A DNA stretch of 63,484 nt, filler included, from Rhabdomonas costata (lineage: Eukaryota): NCBI GenBank assembly GCA_019059605.1. It is 46 parts of 46 records of this genome, joined end to end, with 100 filler letters (N's around TTAATTAATTAA, not from the genome) between each part and the next. Parts side by side here need not be neighbours in the genome. Positions count along the whole stretch, not along the records: positions 35,954 to 37,236 come from JAHMHO010020757.1; positions 37,337 to 38,618 come from JAHMHO010020758.1; positions 38,719 to 40,001 come from JAHMHO010020759.1; positions 40,102 to 41,383 come from JAHMHO010020760.1; positions 41,484 to 42,765 come from JAHMHO010020761.1; positions 42,866 to 44,147 come from JAHMHO010020762.1; positions 44,248 to 45,529 come from JAHMHO010020763.1; positions 45,630 to 46,900 come from JAHMHO010020764.1; 38 more parts are not named here. The stretch is one strand, 5' to 3'. The notes under the pieces are model-generated. The model saw only the letters and a program-made list of their open reading frames with translations, did no database searches and was not told the origin of the DNA. The translations under genes and the position numbers were made by a program. This document shows positions 37,236-49,609 of this stretch, piece after piece; position 1 is the first letter of the stretch; each line of letters begins with the position of its first letter.

Positions 37236-40200
37236 TNNNNNNNNNNNNNNNNNNNNNNNNNNNNNNNNNNNNNNNNNNNNTTAATTAATTAANNNNNNNN
37301 NNNNNNNNNNNNNNNNNNNNNNNNNNNNNNNNNNNNTGTTTTGTGGTCTCTGTCCCTTTCGCTTTCGCTTGAACTTTCGCATTTCCACGCTTCTCTGTTT
37401 TTCAGCCCATGTATTTTTCAGTTTTCGTCGTTTTTGTCTGTTTTTTTCTTGCCCACGCTGTCTGATTGCCAGACTCGGCCTTTTCCGTACAACTTGTGCA
37501 TAGGGGATGGAACACCTGCTGTGCCCTGTGTGTGGAGTGAAGTGGAAGACGTCCAACACTTACCTGGTGAATATGCTGCAGCTTCCGTACTGCACCACAT
37601 CCACGCCGACTCACTAGAATGTCGCGTGGAGAGTAAGGCGAGGCCCCTCCCCCTTCGGGGCGATCCCCTGAGGCCCATCTTTAAATTTAGTATTGGCTTT
37701 TATTTGGTCTGTGAGACTGATTTCGTACCGTCGCTCAAATGAGTCGCGGAACGAGCCGCTGTGTGTGGAAGGGGTCTGGGAAGGGATGCAAGGGTTTTGG
37801 CGATTGGTTTGTGCGCTGTGTGTACGCCATCCTAGTTTCCTTCGAAACCCCGAAGGAAGGGGGAACGAAGGGGAATGTGTTTACCATTTTGCAAGCTGCT
37901 CGTTTGCCCGATGTGCTGTGCTGCGACCCAATTTTGGCACCCCTCCACTACCAGCCCCCGCCCCAAATCTTCGCCCAATGTGTGGTTTTTTCTCAGAGCC
38001 GTTTTTCCACTGGAGCATTTCACTCGCTTCTCGCTTCTTTCTGACGGGAAGCTGGTGCTTTTAATCAGCGTTAACCAGAATCACTTTCCATTCCACTGGT
38101 CGTTCCTCCTTTCTTGCCGGTGAAGTATAGGTCGCCCTCTGCATTTCTTACTCCCCGAACATTTGTCACCAACATTTTTCTCCATAAATAGAGACAAAAA
38201 TGCGTCCCTCCCTCCAGCTACTGAAGCATTCCTCCCCTCCCCTTGACCAGGAACCCGATACAATTGTGGAGAAGCAGAGGGATGCCCAACTTCTCCGCTT
38301 CACCGCTCACACGTAAGTTGCTGACTAAGCAGCTGACACCGCACGCACAAGCACACATAACATAGATAGCGCCCACGCCCTCTCTCTGCCCTGGGTGAGG
38401 GAGGGCGGTTCGGTGCAGCCCGCCATCCGTTGGTGATTTCCCACCGCCCCTCCCATGCTTGCCCACGACCGTGCGGGTCTGCAGGAAAAATTTGTTTCGG
38501 TGCTTCCATTGAAAAATTACCCAGACAAACACACACACACACTCTCTCTCGCGCGCGGTGCGCAGCACCCGAAAGACCTGCTCGTCTCATGGGTCCCTCC
38601 CCTTGAAACCCACAAACANNNNNNNNNNNNNNNNNNNNNNNNNNNNNNNNNNNNNNNNNNNNTTAATTAATTAANNNNNNNNNNNNNNNNNNNNNNNNNN
38701 NNNNNNNNNNNNNNNNNNCCATTCGCGCTTACCCGGAGCGTTTTTCGAATATCTATGGGTTACGTGTGTGTTCCCATAACTTTTTGATGTTTCTCTGCAC
38801 ACCACGTCGGCAAAACTAGCGGTCTGCCCCGAAATATTTACGACTACCCTGCGAAAAGTGTTAAGAAAGACCCCCCCAAAACCGTGTCTTCCTCAGTGAA
38901 AACAGACCTTTTCATGTTCAGTGCAGTTTTTGCAGATTTGACCTTTTGGGAAAGGTGTGTTAAGTCCCGGTGTAGCTTGTCATTGTGGTTGTTTCAAAAT
39001 TTACTGCGATCTGATCGTATGTGTGTGTTCTGGGGGTCGAATATATTCTAGCTCGGGAATCGAGAACTTAAATTGGGCGGTCAGTTAAGGTTCTATCACT
39101 GCCTCAAAATAGGGGAGGGGGTGGATCTCGTGACCCTTTTCCCGATTCAACAACCCAACACCCCCCACTCAATCGACTTTGGTAAAATGAGCAATGAGCA
39201 CAAGAGCTCCGTGTGTGTGTGTGTGTGTTGGGCGCATTGGGCGCTGGCTGTTGCCTGGTTGACTGGTTGACTGGTTGTCGGTGACCACTGTGGACTGACT
39301 GGCGCACGCGCTGTTGGCCACGGGTGCTCACGAGAGGTGCCGTTGGAGCGAACGGTGCCGTGGTGAACCGGACCCGGCTCACCGCTCAACGTTCCACATC
39401 TGGTAACCTCCCTTCAGCCCCACGGGTCGCAGGCCTTTGTCGCGCAGCTGCTCTTTTCCAGCGGCTCCATTACTCCATTGCTCCATTACTGCTCAGGTTT
39501 CTGCGACTCCGCTCCTTCTTTGGGAGGCCTTTTCTTGTGGGAACGACCCTTGGAGCTTTTCTTTCAAATTTCAAATACGTGACCAGGCAGCACTCTATAG
39601 ATGCATTGCGGGCTATTCCTGCCTTCTTCCACTGTGTGTGTGAATCAGCAATGAAACACCGGGGAACAAGCACCATAAAGAGACAAAGGCATGAAGGAGA
39701 AAGAGCTTTGGCAAGGCGACCTGCCCCTGTTGCTTGATCGAGAATATGGAAAGGTTGCCTCGTAAAAGCTCTTCATCCCAGGAGCAGTCTCCGCTCAAAC
39801 GGTTGGCACGAATCTTATGGAAAAAGAAGAGACATAAGAGTGCAGATCCGCAGCAGCACGGATTTTGGTGATGATGACAGGTCTTCTTGAAAGGAAGGTG
39901 GTGCCCCCCCTCCAGCGAAAGAACGAGACACAATGGTGGCATCGCCCACAATAGAGCTGCAATAAATCACAGATCACAACAAACCCACACACACCCAACA
40001 CNNNNNNNNNNNNNNNNNNNNNNNNNNNNNNNNNNNNNNNNNNNNTTAATTAATTAANNNNNNNNNNNNNNNNNNNNNNNNNNNNNNNNNNNNNNNNNNN
40101 NGGGTTGTTTTAATTTACCTTTCTTCACAAATGACTTTCTTCATATCTTCTTCTTTCTAATCTCCGCTGCGGTTGTTGATCATCCATGTTATCGGTCTCA

Positions 40201-40699
40201 CTCAAGCGAAAAGCAATCCTAAAAATGACGGAAGTACAGCAACTGATGCCTGCTTGCGTTGTCGCGAAATTCCTTCCACTATGCAACACCACTTTGCAGA
40301 TGCGAGCGGAGTTTGACAATCCAACCACATCCCAGCACATGCTTTGAACCAATGAAGAAAGAAACGATGAAGCCCGTCACGTAGAGCCTTCAAACACAAA
40401 TCACACAATGTACTCCAAACCCAAACCCAAAGCAAGAAAACGAGAGAAATACCTCGCGCGGGAGCGAACGGAACATTTCGAGCACGGCGCGGAGGGGGTC
40501 TAGGCTGAGCAGCGCTAGAGAACGAGGACTCCAGGTCTTCGGCTGACAAGAACAGGAGAAAGCCACCCATGGCCCCACACCCCACTGTTATTTCTGGTGC
40601 GCCAGTCGACAAGATCCACTCAGACAGATAGGCATCAACTCAGAAAGGTCACTTGACCTCCCTTCCACAGAACACGTCTTTTAGGGTATACTAAAGCAT

Positions 40700-41250
40700 G
40701 ATCTGATCGTTCATCACTAGATGACGTCATCGGGGTCCATTCCCAGCCCATGAGCTTTTCCTTGCAGAGTTCTCAGCACCCAGGTGTGAGGCATCGCTAG
40801 ACGACATGCATTGTGTCATCCCTCAAACGCACATCACGGGGGATCTAGTATGTGAGAATGTGAGCGAACTGTCCTCCTGCCGCAGCGTGTCTGAATCGAG
40901 GCAGGGGAGGGTCATGCGCAGGTTCTAACTAAAACAGAGTTATACGTCACCTGGCGTCTGATTACTGTGCACCTAGTACCTAGTGGGAAAAAGTCACAAC
41001 CCCCAGGGAATGAGCGGGTACTCCACAATATCGAAGCTCCTATAAGCCTCTTGGGGGCACTGGTCGGACTGCATCGGGAAAGGAGCACCAGATTCGCCGG
41101 CTACCTGCAGATGCGTTTTCCCTCTTCGATTCCCAACCCCCAGGGTGATGCTCTGCCCCGAATACCGTGCCTTTTCTTCTCAGTTTCCTGTCTCCCCAAC
41201 GTCTGTTATGCCTCTTCTCTCTTCAGGACAGGAGTTGCTCTCTGTCGGTC
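40700..41250 (-). mobile_element. Highly decayed non-LTR reverse transcriptase remnant
   Basis: Motif relics in the expected order on the minus strand: HGIRGRAS (QxGFRxGRS), RSFDIVEYP (KAFDxV), LRQEDSSL (RQGDxLS) and DPDDVI (YADD), interrupted by stops. Confidence 0.35.
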
Positions 41251-42119
41251 CCCTCACCTCGGGCAAACATCCACTACAAGTGAAGTAGAACCAACGGGAG
41301 GGATGGAGTCTGCGTACGTTGCAGAGAGAAGCCAGGAGGCCACCCTTCCGGGAAAGCCACCTGGCTTCTCTCTACAACCCACANNNNNNNNNNNNNNNNN
41401 NNNNNNNNNNNNNNNNNNNNNNNNNNNTTAATTAATTAANNNNNNNNNNNNNNNNNNNNNNNNNNNNNNNNNNNNNNNNNNNNGTGGGGGTGGTTGGCTG
41501 AGAACGCGAGTGCCTCCTTTTTTATGACAGTGAAGATAGTATGGCTGTGCTTTTCGCTGTGTGTGATCGGTTGTCAACTCCCTTTCTTTAGGACTCTTGG
41601 ATCGGGGGAGGTGAACGCTACAACTATATGCCGCGGAAAATGCCGATCAGCGGTCGAATCCCCATTCAATTATATTGACTCACGTTGCATGTGAAAAGGA
41701 TCCTGAGATATCTACTCGTTGTGCGACTTTTCGGCCCAACTACGGGAGCCGTAAAGGGTTGTCAAAGTGCTGGACACACACAAGAGACTCACGCAAGATT
41801 CATGCAACGCCACTCTTAGCCTTCTTCAGTGATGTTGAACTTGCGTAAATCGTGCACGAATTTGAGCTCTGAAGAGATAAACACAAAAAAGAATTCAAAC
41901 ACACTGGTCATTATGAAGGAAAGTGACGTCTCGTATCTAAGAATAAGTTAGTTTCAATGCAACTTGTTTTCATGTGCACAGCATAGCTCATTCCCCATCC
42001 CATGGTGTGCAGGTACCAGAAGGAATCTCTTGCTTACTTCAGAGTATTTCTTTCAACAAAATGCCTTGCATTAGCCGCTTTGCCGCGTGTCCCACTTTCC
42101 ACCTCTGACGAGCCACAAG

Positions 42120-42765
42120 ATGCCCCTCAGGCGCAAGCGCAAGTCCAAAGCAAGGTCAGGGCCTGACTCAGCTGACTCAAGCTCAGCCTTGAACGCGATT
42201 GAGGCCGACTCTGAAAAGCCCACTCCCGAAACCGTGGAAAAGGCGACCGACGAAGGAGGTGGGGAAAATGATGAGGCCGCGGCCCAAAGTGCCGAAAGCG
42301 AAGTTGAGAAGGAAGCTGAAGAGCATGAAGATGATAATGGCGATGATGACGGGGAGAAGAAAGAGGGCAGCCGCAGAAAGAGGAAGAGGAGGGAGGAGGA
42401 GGAGTGCAGGAAGACGGGCCGTCTGATGCCGAGCAGTTGGAGGAAGCGGCCGAGGGATCGGCAGCGCCATCCCCAACGGCGGGCCAGAGTGAAGGAGAAG
42501 AGGAAGCGCTAGGGCCTTCCGAAGGTGAGCAGTTGGAAGAAATCGGTAATGGTTCTCCAGAGGCATCTCCGACGGCCGGCCAAGTCGAAGGAGAAGAGGA
42601 AGCCCAAGGTCCATCTGAAGGCCAGCAGCTTGAGGAGGCTGGGGATGGCTCCTCCGTGCCATCACTCACGGCCGGCCAGGCCGAAGGAGAAGAGGAAGCC
42701 CAGGGGCCTTCCGAAGGCGAGCAGCTTGAGGAGGCTGCTTATGGCTCTCCTGTGCACCCCCCCCC
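42120..42765 (+). CDS. Acidic low-complexity protein with a 32-aa tandem repeat (frameshifted near 42366)
   Basis: MPLRRKRKSKAR...EKKE, then after a one-base shift GPSEGEQLEEx-x-xGSxxxSPTAGQxEGEEEAx repeated about 3.5 times (96-nt unit). Confidence 0.7.
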
Positions 42766-42865
42766 NNNNNNNNNNNNNNNNNNNNNNNNNNNNNNNNNNN
42801 NNNNNNNNNTTAATTAATTAANNNNNNNNNNNNNNNNNNNNNNNNNNNNNNNNNNNNNNNNNNNN

Positions 42866-44147
42866 AGATTTTTTCATTAAGTCGGTAAGAGGGGCAGCGA
42901 CAGTCGCGTAGTCAGGGACGAATCGCTGGTAGAAACCGCATAAACCCAGAAAACTCTTTACGTCGGTAGGATTGCAAGGAGTCGGCCAGAAAACTGTCAC
43001 CAGCAGAAAAAATTATCCAGTTCACGAAAAAGAAATGCTTGCACTGGTGGACTCCATGGAAGCTTGGAGACACTACCTCTTAGGTGCAGACGTCCATGTC
43101 TACACCGACAACTCTGCTCTTAGATACCTACAAAAGAACCCCCGACCAGCACCTCGTCAGGTTCGCTGGCTCGAAAAACTTCAAGCCTACACACTTAAAA
43201 TTACCCACATTCCAGGGCGGCTGAATTCAGCGGCAGATGCCCTTTCTCGAGAACCAATGGAAAATGCTTCCCTTTTTGGAATGCTCATGTCCGAAGTGCC
43301 AGGAACACCAACACCTGTCACTTTCTTCGGGCCTGTCCACGCTCCCATTGTCCTGGCGCCCGATGACTGGTGGGGTGACTATCTTGAGGACCCTCACTGC
43401 AAGTCTACCTACTTTCAGCCAGACGCCGACCAACTCAAACCCGAGCACCAACACAACTACCGCCTTGGACGCCTTTGGGAAGACGATAGGATTATAGTGC
43501 CCAGGTCTCGGGTTCAAGAAGTCATTAAGCGACATTATGACACCACTGTTGGCGGGCATTGGGGAGTTCATCGCACTGTCTCGATGGTCAAGCGGAGATA
43601 TACCTTCCCCCATACACGACGGAAGGTGCGGGATTACATCAAGACTTGTCACTTTTGTCAGGTCGGAAAAGCGGAGCATCATCTTCCGCGAGGACTTTTA
43701 GAACCTCTGAACATCCCCAAACGAAAATGGCAATTGGTCTCTATGTACTGGACGGATGTGGATGAGTGCTCAATGCCGGGCACCTCCGGACCCATTGTCT
43801 TCAATCAGATACTCACGGTGACCGACAGAGGAACTAAATGGTACACCTCATTCCGACCAACAAGCACCATACCGCTCAAATGACAGCCACGCAGTTTCTA
43901 GAAGCAGTGGTTCGCTACCACGGGTTGCCACGAAGTATAGTCTCTGATCGTGACACCATGTTTACTAGTGTGTTGTGGAAAACCCTTTGCGGGGCCCTGG
44001 ACATCAAAACACGCACTTCCAGCCCCTACCACCCACAAACGAATGGGCAAGCCGAACGGACCAACCAAACCTTGAAGCAAGTCCTTCGTATATTACACCT
44101 CCAACAACCTACCATCCCATGGGTCCACCACCTGCCACTCTCCCAAA
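42866..44147 (+). mobile_element. Ty3/gypsy LTR retrotransposon pol fragment (RNase H + integrase), decayed
   Basis: NYPVHEKEMLALV, YTDNSAL, HIPGRLNSAADALSR, an HHCC zinc finger (GHWG..T..CHFCQ), SIVSDRD and YHPQTNGQAERTN. Frameshifts occur near 43010 and 43838, and the first catalytic Asp is replaced (SMYW). An RT-connection segment (DVKSFLGLCGFYQRFV) is inverted at 42866-43000. Confidence 0.95.
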
Positions 44148-44519
44148 NNNNNNNNNNNNNNNNNNNNNNNNNNNNNNNNNNNNNNNNNNNNTTAATTAAT
44201 TAANNNNNNNNNNNNNNNNNNNNNNNNNNNNNNNNNNNNNNNNNNNNTGTGGGGTGACAATGCGAGGAAGTTTACCTGATTATTTGCAGCAGTTGATCTG
44301 TGGTGCTATCCTTATACATTCCTTTTTTTTTAAGAACCGTAGTACCGTAGTAGTGGCCAATTCACTTCGATCTCCCGCTTCTCTTGGCATCAATGCAAAC
44401 GTTCACCATTATTGAAATTCAACCAGCGGTTATACTTACTTAATTATTCAGTTGGTGTTACGTAGTAATTAATCATTTCATATAGCACACACCCATACAT
44501 TGAGCTTTTTGGCGCTCGG

Positions 44520-45529
44520 GTGTTTTCTTCTAGTTCTGTTTTCCTGGTTTCCATTTGTCAAGTGTGCACATTAGCTCGGCGTGCTGTAATGACCACGGTA
44601 ACTTCGAAGGACGGAGGTTTGAGCCACATACCCGATCTTTCTTCTCCCCTGCATTGTCCCATTTCAGTACCGGTGACCCGACCAACCCCGGACCAGGAAG
44701 CTTCTGTGCGTCTTCTAGAGGTTCAGAGGGCATTAAGTGCTGGGTTACGGGCCATTCAGGGGAGAATGGACGCCATGCGAAAGGTTTTGGAGCTTTCTGT
44801 GCCGCAGTTTCTGGAAGCCGAGACGCACCGGCTTCTAGCTGAGGCCTGGGTTAGCCACCCCTTGTTCCCAATGAATGAGCCATTACTCATCCGGAAAGCT
44901 GAGGAGAGAAGCAAACGAAGTCCAAGCCAGGAAGTGGCCTTTTCAAGAGCATCCGATGCGGTGCAAAGTGTTTGCACCTCGAGTGGCCTGACTCTGACGA
45001 GCAAACTGGAGACCCGGCAAGAGGACATCAGACAGAATTCACCTGGGAGACTTCCTCACGTGAATTCTTTCCAGGACAAGTGCGCCGCACCCTCGTACTG
45101 TCGTTCCCTGTACCCATCTTCGGACATAGGACACCATTCATCGCCGTCGCTTTTGGAGTCTTCTGCTCATTCCGTGTCTTCGAGCTCTCGGGTGCTTGTG
45201 TCTGATCACTCAACGAAAAATCCCAGTGTGGGAGCAATACCTGTAGCGGTATCTGTTAAATCACTTCAAGTAACTTGGCAGACAACTAAGTTGTCAGTGC
45301 CATGCGCAGACCCGAGCAAATCTGAAGACTTGACGCCAAAGACTGCAGGTAGAAATGACCCTGCAACGGTGATGTCACAAGCTGTTGCCGTAAAGCCTGC
45401 CGCCCCCTCAGCCGCTGCTGCACACACTCCACCGGCTGCATGTGTTCTGTCAGGCAAGGGTTGCAGCGCAGCCACGACAAGCATCCCGCCGCTTCAATCC
45501 ACTGAAAAAGAAGCCAAGTTGCCACTTTC
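44520..45529 (+). CDS. Long Ser/Pro/Ala-rich ORF of unknown function
   Basis: Over 1 kb with no stop, running off the contig end; no recognisable domain. Confidence 0.4.
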
Positions 45530-47008
45530 NNNNNNNNNNNNNNNNNNNNNNNNNNNNNNNNNNNNNNNNNNNNTTAATTAATTAANNNNNNNNNNNNNNN
45601 NNNNNNNNNNNNNNNNNNNNNNNNNNNNNGCGGCTGTGGACGTTGCGCTCGCCCGGGCGCTCTGCTTATGAGATGTGGCCTAAGCTCAAGACCCTAAGAA
45701 CTGTGGCTAGCGGTCTCGTGCAAAGTACAGACGTGTAAACACACGCCAGATCACACGAACATGGTACCGGCTCATCCAGCACGCGCACACACACGTACCC
45801 ATTCTCCATTCTCTCTTTTTTCGTTGTCCTGTTCATGCTACATTTTAGCCCCACACCACAGTTCGGAATTGTTTCCTCGTTTGTACCTTTCTTTTCACTT
45901 GTGCAGGAAACACCCACGTTTCTCCCACTTACAGGGTCTTGTGGTTGCTGTTTCCTTCACATATTTCTCTGCGTCCTCTGCTCCTCCATCTGCTACTTTT
46001 TTCCCATTCCTCCTCTGACATCATCCAGCGCACTTACGCGCTGCCGAAGAATATCTTGCGGGGCTACATTTGTATCCACACTAATTTTTCTTGCCTTTCT
46101 TCTTCCTGTATTTTTTTGTGCTGACCACTGCTACTGCAAGAACTCCCTTATTCATTTTAGTCATTCCATTTCGCCTCCAGGCTTCTCTCTCCGTCTCGGT
46201 TTTTTGCTCCAACCCCACATTTTGACAGCTGCTACTGCTTGCTCTTGTGCTTCTCTTTTGCTACATCCATTTTATCCGTTTTTCTCGCTGTATTTCTTTC
46301 TCTCTGCCCGGGCCACATTGCCGCAGTTTTCTCTCTCCTGATATATTCTCTTGCTTTTCACTTCTGTATTTTCTGTCCTTTTGGCTCGTGCTGCTCTAAG
46401 TTCTTCTTTTACTTGTCCTATCTTCCTCTTGGGTTCCCTGTGCATCGGCTTATTGGATGACTCTCCTCTGCTCTTCTATCGAGTGGTTTTTCTTATTTAG
46501 CTTCTCGTAGATCTCTGCTTTGTTTCGCCACCTTGCCTTCACACACCGGGTCCCACTGCGCTTTTCCAATGACTTCTCATCATCATCATCTTTAATGAGC
46601 ATTGCTGTTTCAATCCGCCGCCTGCTGCACTTTGGCGTCACCTCCTTGTCCACCGTGGCTCCTTTCCACGGCCTTCCTGATCAGCGTATACAAAATCTGC
46701 ACGGCTAAATTGCTCTGTGCTCCAATACGCGGCATTTTTTACCTCAACGGCGTCGCACGTATTTCATTTCAGAATATGCGGCATGCGCCTTCTTCTTGTT
46801 TTCAGCCGCCTTTTCTGCAATAACTCTGCTCGAAACGTTTTGCTTCATACTGAACTTCTATGCTCCTTATGGAACCTCTCCTCTCAGAAACCCACCAAAA
46901 NNNNNNNNNNNNNNNNNNNNNNNNNNNNNNNNNNNNNNNNNNNNTTAATTAATTAANNNNNNNNNNNNNNNNNNNNNNNNNNNNNNNNNNNNNNNNNNNN
47001 GGGGTGGT

Positions 47009-47209
47009 GTGGTGCCCAAGGGCGCAGTGATCGGCTCGGGGTACGTCGTGGAGGCCGGCGCTCAGCTCACCGAGAACACCTTCTATGCCGTCGGCGAGGA
47101 GCCCCGGGCGGTGACGCAGGAGGAGCGTGTGGCGCTGACCAACAAGCTGATGCTGCTGGTTCGGCAGGCCCGGGGCCACGAGGCCCTCAATACCCTCCCT
47201 CTGGAGAAG
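47009..47209 (+). CDS. Gamma carbonic anhydrase-like (left-handed beta-helix) protein exon, probably a complex I CA subunit
   Basis: Hexapeptide repeats VVPKGAVIGSGYVVEAGAQL, then the C-terminal helix RAVTQEERVAL...ARGHEALN typical of eukaryotic gamma-CAs; GTGTGG donor. Confidence 0.65.
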
Positions 47210-47630
47210 GTGTGGCGAGAAAAGCGGGGAAGGGTATGAGGTTAAAGATTATTGACAGACCTCGGGACCTGTTCCCTGATTTCCACCCGCAGCATCGCCC
47301 AGAATCTCTGTGAACACCTGATTATTACAGGCAGGGCATGAGATTTTTAGTTACATCTCGAGGTCCCCTTTTACTGCCCCGCAAGAGCTGCCAAAATTTC
47401 TGTGTTTCCTTCCGACACTTTGTATTGTATGACCACGCGGATGCGGAGCCGCGGCAAACAAAACGCTGCTCAGCCAGGGGGTTTAAAAAAAGATTGGAAA
47501 CAAATCTCCAAATTTAGTTATGTACGTGTTTCGTATTGTAGTCCTGGGAACGCTGTAACTGCCGCTAGGCCGGCACGTTTGCATATGCCATGTTTCAAAC
47601 GATCTCATGTTACTGCGTTACTGAGGCAAA

Positions 47631-47633
<3 letters not shown>

Positions 47634-47680
<47 letters not shown>
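47634..47680 (+). repeat. (GT)n microsatellite
   Basis: About 23 perfect GT units. Confidence 0.97.
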
Positions 47681-47681
<1 letters not shown>

Positions 47682-47989
47682 CAGCATCCGGGCTGGGACG
47701 CATGTTCAGAGATGGGCGGAATGAGCAGAAGAGCTTGAGGTCGAGCGGGCACAGGGAAGGGACGGTGAGGGCAGCGAGGAGCGGAAAGCCCTGCGTTGAG
47801 ACAGGAGCAGCCCGGGTCAGCACGAGAGAAGGGGAGAATGGCATCGAGAAGGGGGAGACCAGAGAGGAAGTGAGGAAGGAAATACGGAGGGCCCACAAGG
47901 CACGAAGGGATGCCCGGGCAAGTGGAGAGTGGAGAGAAGCGAGGTCCAGATGGCAGCAGGGACAGAGAAAGGTAACCATGCCCGTCCGC

Positions 47990-48290
47990 TAGGAAATTGG
48001 GTCTAAGCCCGGAGTGGGATGGAGGACCCAAACCCACAAGGGCAATAGTGCCCAAAGGGAAGTGTACGAGCGCGGAAGGTTGGGTACCCATAAAGAGATC
48101 TCTAAACGCGCCAATCGGGGGTTCCCAAGGCCCCGCGTACACTGTGGATCGGGGGTCACATGGGGTTAACCAACCCTACGTGACAAGACAGCGGGACAAG
48201 GTACCTTGGGTGACAAGGGTATGAGGCCCGATGGGCCCATGCCCCATCGAAAGGTGGGAGCCCAGGAGGGAAGTGGACCTCGAGTCCACC
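47990..48290 (+). repeat. Dispersed structured non-coding element, copy 2 (third partial copy at 48464-48520)
   Basis: Shares 23-nt and 21-nt identical blocks with 21120-21199, and AGGCCCGATG...GGGAGCCCAGG with 48464-48498 on the next contig. Confidence 0.8.
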
Positions 48291-48911
48291 CCACAANNNN
48301 NNNNNNNNNNNNNNNNNNNNNNNNNNNNNNNNNNNNNNNNTTAATTAATTAANNNNNNNNNNNNNNNNNNNNNNNNNNNNNNNNNNNNNNNNNNNNGGGG
48401 TTTGTGGGGAAAATCAACCTGATATGACCGGAGTGGTAGGAACCGTGAGTTTTCAAGGAGAGTAGGCCCGATGAGCCATAGATGGTTGGGAGCCCAGGGA
48501 GAATGTGAACCACGAGTGAACCACACCCTAGCACAAAATCGTTGTGTTCATGTCGAAGAAAGGCCTCCAAGCAATAAGGGCCAGACTGCGGGCGAAGGCA
48601 GAGTAGCTTCCTGGAAAGCTGCGGTTGAATGCACCACTGAGGTAGTGAGGTAAAGTGAAGGCCTCCGCCGTGCAGAGCGGCGATCCGCACTCCGAGATCG
48701 CGGCCATGAAGCGGAAGAAAATTCGATTGCTCACTGAGGAAAAGAAGAACTTCAACCTCTACAATGCGTCGTGCGCACACCGGGTTTGCTCTCCTTGGCC
48801 GTCACCACGTTGTGCAAAATTCTCCCGTGAGGTCTGCCGCTTCCGTGTACATGCTTCCGCAAACTCGCACCCAGTCACTGACTCGCTCTGTCTCAATCCT
48901 GCCTCGCCAAG

Positions 48912-49609
48912 GAATGGGGGACTACTTCGACCGCCACCGAGTCGAGTTCGTGATGCTGGAGCAGAACCCGACACAGATGCGAAAGCAGGCGCTGTGTTGC
49001 CCCTCCTTTCCTGCTTTCCTTCTGCATTTTGCTGTTGTACGCCCCATTTCATGGTTCCTTCGCGGTGGAGAAACACATCGAACCTTCTCCGCCCATCCGT
49101 GCGACATGCACCATTTAAAACATCAAATTGGTAATTCACCCCTATCGCTGAAATGTGGAGGACATATGATTGCCTAACTTGCCACATAGTCCTGGTTGTT
49201 AGGGTGACCTTCGGCATAGCTCCTCTGGATCTGGACCACAGCCGCACGGGAGCTTAAGCGGAATATTTTAACTAGTCGGCTGGGTCCCATACCTGCTCGT
49301 GATACAGGAAAAAAAGATTAAGGAACTCCCCCGTTTATTCACGACGCCAACGACCGTTTGACACTGCCACTCCAAAAAGTTGGAAAGTGCTTTTGCCTGG
49401 CTCTAATTATCACAGGGCAAGCCAAGGCAGAACAAAAAGATGGGATGAGGGGGGTGTTCGCCAAAGGGCTATGGCTCCGCGGCTGAGCTGTGGGCCTTCC
49501 TGCACTCCAAGGGATACGACCTGTACGACCTTCGGCTGATGGAGTTCGAGGCCAAGGCCGGCCCCGGGCCGGCTCACGTGGTGCTCACCGACCACAACAA
49601 GTGGAATCG
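48912..49609 (+). CDS. Hypothetical protein, 2 exons (weak resemblance to the FkbM methyltransferase C-terminus)
   Basis: GC3-rich exons 48912-48988 (GMGDYFDRHRVEFVMLEQNPTQMRKQ) and 49512-49609 (GYDLYDLRLMEFEAKAG...) join in phase 0 if the CAG|GC donor is used. Confidence 0.5.

Noticed and set aside
42866..43000. Inverted RT segment as a novel retroelement architecture
   Set aside because: It is at the contig start with about 15 nt of junction overlap, so a chimera is the simpler explanation.
45835..46460. Hydrophobic ORFs resembling membrane proteins (also 26469-27157 and 27604-28158)
   Set aside because: They are explained by T/C-rich compositional bias, with no GC3 signal, splice sites or motifs.
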